This document shows, in pieces, positions 62,701 to 64,000 of a stretch of 64,000 bases of DNA. Below the pieces are notes generated by a model. That model was not told the origin of the DNA. It worked only from the letters and a program-made list of their open reading frames with translations, and made no database searches. This DNA is from a virus (taxonomy: Duplodnaviria > Caudoviricetes). Made by a program: the position numbers and the translations under genes. The DNA lies in IMG/VR virus record IMGVR_UViG_3300029305_002995, positions 47,158 to 111,157 of that record. One strand, given 5' to 3'. Every line of letters starts with the position of its first letter. Position 1 is the stretch's first letter.

Positions 62701-63231
62701 TCTTATAATCAAATTACCCCTGTTTCTCGTAAAACTATTGGTATGACTCATGGTAATACTTACTGTAAGAAATGTGCTTGCGGAACGCTTTACATTACTG
62801 TAAATCGTGATGAAGATGGTAATGTAGTGGAAACCTTTGTTCATACTTCTAAAGGCGGTATTTGTCAAGCTAATAGTAGTGCTGTAACTCGTCTTTCTTC
62901 CCTTGCTTTACGCTCTGGTGTTAAAGTAGAAGAAATTGCAGACCAACTCAAAGGAATTACCTGTACTGCTTGTGCTAAGTTAATGGCTAAAGGCGAAAAA
63001 ATTGATGGTGTTTCTTGTCCAGATATTCTTAGTAAGACTATTATGGAGTTCTATAAAACTAATGATATAGTTTCTGCTGTGCCTGTATTTGAAGATACAC
63101 AAGTAGAAAAATACGAAAACAACAACAGTGATGATAGCAGTAAATTTTGTTGTCCAGAATGTGGAGAACCAATTGCATTTACCGAAGGGTGTGTTAAATG
63201 TACATCTTGTGCATGGTCTAAATGTAACTAA
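59772..63231 (+). CDS. nrdJ: Class II (B12) ribonucleotide reductase; exons 59772-60572 and 61705-63231
   Basis: SNCY, NPCG|EQPL, ACNLGS, IAPSGS, C-terminal SCPD and zinc ribbon. Confidence 0.9.
60573..61704 (+). mobile_element. Group I intron in the nrdJ active-site motif
   Basis: GGT|GTATA...TTAG|GAA; ATCGGTGAA...AATACCGAG, P7 GCATA/TATGC. Confidence 0.88.
60763..61590 (+). CDS. Intron-encoded GIY-YIG homing endonuclease
   Basis: IIYKATNIKNGKVYIGQT, GYN, NUMOD3-like segment, zinc finger. Confidence 0.92.
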   Translation: MIIYKATNIKNGKVYIGQTINTLEYRKQQHFREAKSKRRNTVYFHNALLKYGFDNFEFQEIDYATTIDELNEKERYWIQYYNSNDKSYGYNLDSGGTSGGTKSESTKRKIGETSKAKWNNPEIASKMLAGLQKGANTMKKNVKRFPFVCPICGQTFYYPKHIAENKKYCSQKCASLSTNYMKGVLRSAEVNHQRNIERKQNIKKCIIDWIMTNKNIILNCPFNKITPTLSSLSEILYQQFNIKDIRSIFICFDVKNKKELLTKFKEIILFEENIC

Positions 63232-63250
63232 TCTTAAAGGCGGTAAAGAT

Positions 63251-63772
63251 ATGAATACAGTAAAAGTAAATTTTTCTAAATTGCATCCAGAAGCTAAGAT
63301 TCCAAGTAAACGAGTAGAAGATATGGGTTTCGATATTTATGCTTGTTTTGACGATGATTACATTGTTGTTCCTCCACATGAAACTAAAATGATTCCTACT
63401 GGACTTGCAAGTTCTTGTGATACTGGATATGGATTTTTGCTTAGAGAACGTGGTAGCACAGGCTCTAAAGGTATTGCATTGCGTTGTGGTGTAATTGATA
63501 GCGGTTATCGTGATGAATGGTTTGTTGCTTTAACTAATACTACAAATGATAGATTGTATATTTCTAAATTAAGCAAAGAAGAACTCGAAACTAAATATGG
63601 TAAATATGGTATGAATTTTGCTTTTAGTTTAATCTATCCGTATTCTAAAGCTATTGCACAGGCTCTTATTATTCCTGTACCAGTAGTTGAAGTTGAAGAA
63701 ATTCCATACGAAGAACTTAAAGAAATTTCTTCTGAACGTGGTTTAGGTAAATTAGGTAGTAGCAATAAATAA
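63251..63772 (+). CDS. dut: dUTPase (trimeric)
   Basis: GFDI, RGSTG, GVIDSGYR, AQ, RGLGKLGSS. Confidence 0.93.
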   Translation: MNTVKVNFSKLHPEAKIPSKRVEDMGFDIYACFDDDYIVVPPHETKMIPTGLASSCDTGYGFLLRERGSTGSKGIALRCGVIDSGYRDEWFVALTNTTNDRLYISKLSKEELETKYGKYGMNFAFSLIYPYSKAIAQALIIPVPVVEVEEIPYEELKEISSERGLGKLGSSNK

Positions 63773-64000
63773 AATGTAATTCAGTAAATCGCAAGTAAGT
63801 AAATAGTCCATGTACAATTGAATAACTCTTTTGTACATGGACTTATGTTTTCTTAAATGGAGTTAATAATAGTATATGCTCTATGATGAGTATTGCGAAA
63901 AGTCCGATGAAGAGTACGAAAAAGCAATCAAGGATAAGCTAGCAAAGCTTGAACCCTATTGGAAGAAAGTGATTGCAATTTATGCTACAAATTAAATTTT

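Noticed and set aside
1-64000. Retron, DGR or IS elements
   Set aside because: No reverse transcriptase or transposase motifs seen in any ORF.

Overview
The window is an AT-rich segment of a large, probably temperate SPbeta/c-st-like phage of Bacillota. The host is likely a Clostridia member; this is inferred. Left arm (minus strand): a YonO-type single-subunit RNA polymerase split by two group I introns (one encodes an HNH endonuclease), plus a wHTH protein. A G/T-rich to C/A-rich skew switch near 6.0 kb suggests a genome end or pac region. From 6.6 to 19.7 kb lies a host-takeover-like array of cassettes, each built as sigmaA promoter, AC-rich leader, ORF and shared terminator. Cargo includes an amidoligase, ArdC, DUF3846, a GGCT and many small ORFs. 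A ~134-bp inverted repeat brackets this array. Next come a regulatory block (RHH, ART-like protein, tyrosine recombinase, DUF262, MrpR-like repressor, LexA box) and a tRNA/ncRNA cluster. Accessory genes follow: NPxTG surface protein, macro domain, sigma factor, PcfJ, LemA, IscS, HD protein, Pnkp/RNA ligase, FolD. The replication and nucleotide module has SSB-like, AAA, DnaB, primase, nuclease, a Dam-type MTase with an (AG)9 tract, DnaE, RecD2, NrdJ with a GIY-YIG group I intron, and dUTPase. The most notable unexplained signal is a set of stem-closed, U-rich small RNAs carrying anti-Shine-Dalgarno/anti-leader sequence. One is a stand-alone gene complementary to the shared early-gene leaders; several others sit between tRNAs. 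All calls come from reading the sequence by eye; no database searches were run.
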